Source: Lepidodermella squamata
Taxonomy: Eukaryota; Animalia; Gastrotricha
DNA: 64,000 nt
Reading direction: 5' to 3'
NCBI GenBank assembly: GCA_047495785.1
Contig: JBLDXI010000029.1
Coordinates: 3,534,001-3,598,000 of the forward strand
Made by a program: the position numbers and the translations under genes. Each line of letters begins with the position of its first letter. Within the stretch, counting starts at the first letter, position 1. Below are positions 62,179 through 64,000 of this stretch, piece after piece. The notes beneath the pieces were generated by a model. It was not told the origin of the DNA. It was given only the letters and a program-made list of their open reading frames with translations, and made no database searches.

Positions 62179-62544
62179 CTACTTGACCCAGCTCGTGGCG
62201 TCAATCCTCGCGGGCCCATTATGGCAACCATTCAGCAGGTAACACCTGCGCGCGGGTGTGCCCAAGACGGATTTCATGAACGTCAGGGCTTGACAGCCGG
62301 GTTTTGTTGAGCACATAAGTTTGCAGACATCTTCAGTCAACTGCAATGCGCCGGTTATAAGCTGCACTAGATTGGACGGATTTATGTTCAAGTTTGTAGT
62401 TGTTCGACAATCGCCCAAAGCTGCTTTGTAACCTTCACAAATCAAGAATCACTGTTTATTGCATGGCTATATTTCCCGATGACAGATAACTTACGTGCCG
62501 ACGAAGAACGTCAAAGCTAAGGCGACTGCGAACTTGTTAGACAT
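62179..62544 (-). CDS. Small secreted PAN/apple-domain-like protein (2 exons)
   Basis: Signal-like exon MSNKFAVALALTFFVG; exon 2 has six Cys with CxxxC..CQALTF..CYL; TATAAAT ~70 nt upstream. In-frame splicing needs a GC donor, otherwise it is a pseudogene. Confidence 0.55.
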
Positions 62545-63037
62545 GGCTTGAGTTTATGATGAAAACGAATATCAAATTTGAAGAATGAAAAATTAAGCGA
62601 TTAACGCCGTAATTTATAGGCGTTTTATTGTCTGAGAACTCTTGCGCTAACTAATAACAGACAAAACGGCATACATGCGTGATGCAGCTGAAGCAATGAG
62701 AGTTGAGTGGTACGTGACAAAAAATGCTTGCCGCTTAAGGGAAAATAGCGAAACGGTCTGCCAATTTTAATGAATATTACTTTATGAGTAATTTCTCAAG
62801 TGTTCTACTTTGCATGAATTATAGCGAATCTTCATTGCAATAATAATAGAAAATGTTGCAGCTGATGCGACAGGCCCTGTAACCACCGAAAAATTTCCGT
62901 AGTATGCGAAGGAGACATCGCCGCAAGGTTATGCTCCCGAAATAGCTAATTTAATTTTCATGAAATAAATTCAAGCAAGCTAATTCCCTTGTTCCTTCAA
63001 ATCGCGAATTATTACAGAGAGCCAACATCACCAAATT

Positions 63038-63520
63038 ATGGTCGAAGTTCGGTTGATCTTATTCCTAACAGCAACTCTCGGGTTATGCCAAGTCTAAGCT
63101 AGTTCCAACGACACAGCGAAAAGGCAGAAGAAGCCAATCCGACTTCTGATGCTGTCGTTACTAGTAATGACCGGGCATGAACTTAGGGGCAACATGACGT
63201 GTAAAGCTGCCCGAGAAATGGTTTTTCAAATGGTCAACGAACAGCAAGACTTTCTTTCCAGCTACTAAATCGAGCTCGATTTTCGAAACGAAGGTTTCTT
63301 AGGCGGACTATCCGTAAGAGAAACTATGGCATTTACACGGAGAATCGAAACTTCAACAGTCAAAATAGCCTCCCCAGTTTTAACTGGGCCATTTCTGTCG
63401 TCAGCATGCTGCCCAGTTGCGTCCAAAATTCGTATGTTCGAGTTTCCAGCGTGAATTCAGGCGATCCTCTGATGGCGCTTCGATTTCTGTGCCAATGCTT
63501 TAAATTCGGTATGAAAGTGT
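63038..63520 (+). pseudogene. Venus-flytrap (ANF-receptor / GABA-B-like) ligand-binding-domain pseudogene
   Basis: Signal peptide MVEVRLILFLTATLGLC, then AAREMVFQMVNEQQDFLSSY*IELDFRNE..LTGPFLSSACCPVA; two in-frame TAA stops. Confidence 0.6.
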
Positions 63521-64000
63521 AACCGCTGGGTTCTTTATCCACAAGTCACTCTAGTATTCAACTCTACACTTTATTATCAGCAATTACAGTAATTGTTATA
63601 ACTTGACTCCAGCGATGCTACAGACTACGTGAACCACTAGCGGTGTAACAAAGGTGCATCTAAACCTGAGCTAACAAGACCACTTTGATCCTATCGATCC
63701 GTGGTATTTATATAGCATGAATTCTACATCTATTTGACCATACAAGGAAAGTCTATAGATCAGCAACATCGATTATCGTCAATTCAATCAATTATCTAGC
63801 GCGCTGAATCATCCGGTTATCATCATCAATAATAATATCATTAACAATCATTCAGCCGCTACAAAAGGACCAAGGTATTTGTTCATTTTTCAATTCGTAA
63901 CCTAAGCATTCATTTCCCAACTACTTGGTTGGCGGGTGCAATTATTTGACTTCTAACTGCAAAAAGTGAGAAGCGATCAGCAGAAAAAGGTTGCCTATTT

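Noticed and set aside
15364-63270. Alternative genetic code (TAA/TAG read-through) suggested by isolated in-frame stops
   Set aside because: The stops fall where different residues are expected (Tyr, Trp, Gln, Leu), occur in TEs or pseudogenes, and intact ORFs end in TAA/TAG normally.

Overview
Eukaryotic, very probably invertebrate animal, DNA: short (~50 nt) GT-AG/GC-AG introns, a Cys-loop receptor, and CR1/L2 LINEs. The window is a transposon-riddled cluster of NLR-like immune receptor genes with the architecture TIR - NB-ARC (APAF-1/plant type) - ankyrin repeats. There are two apparently intact copies (23779-29811 on +, 35 near-identical ankyrin units; 53950-~57560 on -, 10 units), one frameshifted TIR-less pseudogene (2906-5494, 9 units), a small remnant (~42.8 kb) and a related ankyrin-only gene (59671-61590, 18 units). 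Two NLR copies sit just upstream of a divergent Cys-loop ligand-gated ion channel gene. One channel copy is split by an 8.4-kb EnSpm/CACTA element and can be rebuilt in frame; the other is truncated. The rest is nested DNA transposons (a MULE whose transposase is spliced to a RING finger, P/THAP9, PIF/Harbinger, pogo-like, several CAC-ended elements with 2-bp TSDs), LINE and Gypsy fragments, several long inverted duplications, a small PAN/apple gene and a Venus-flytrap receptor pseudogene. All calls come from motif reading and manual splicing; no database search was run.
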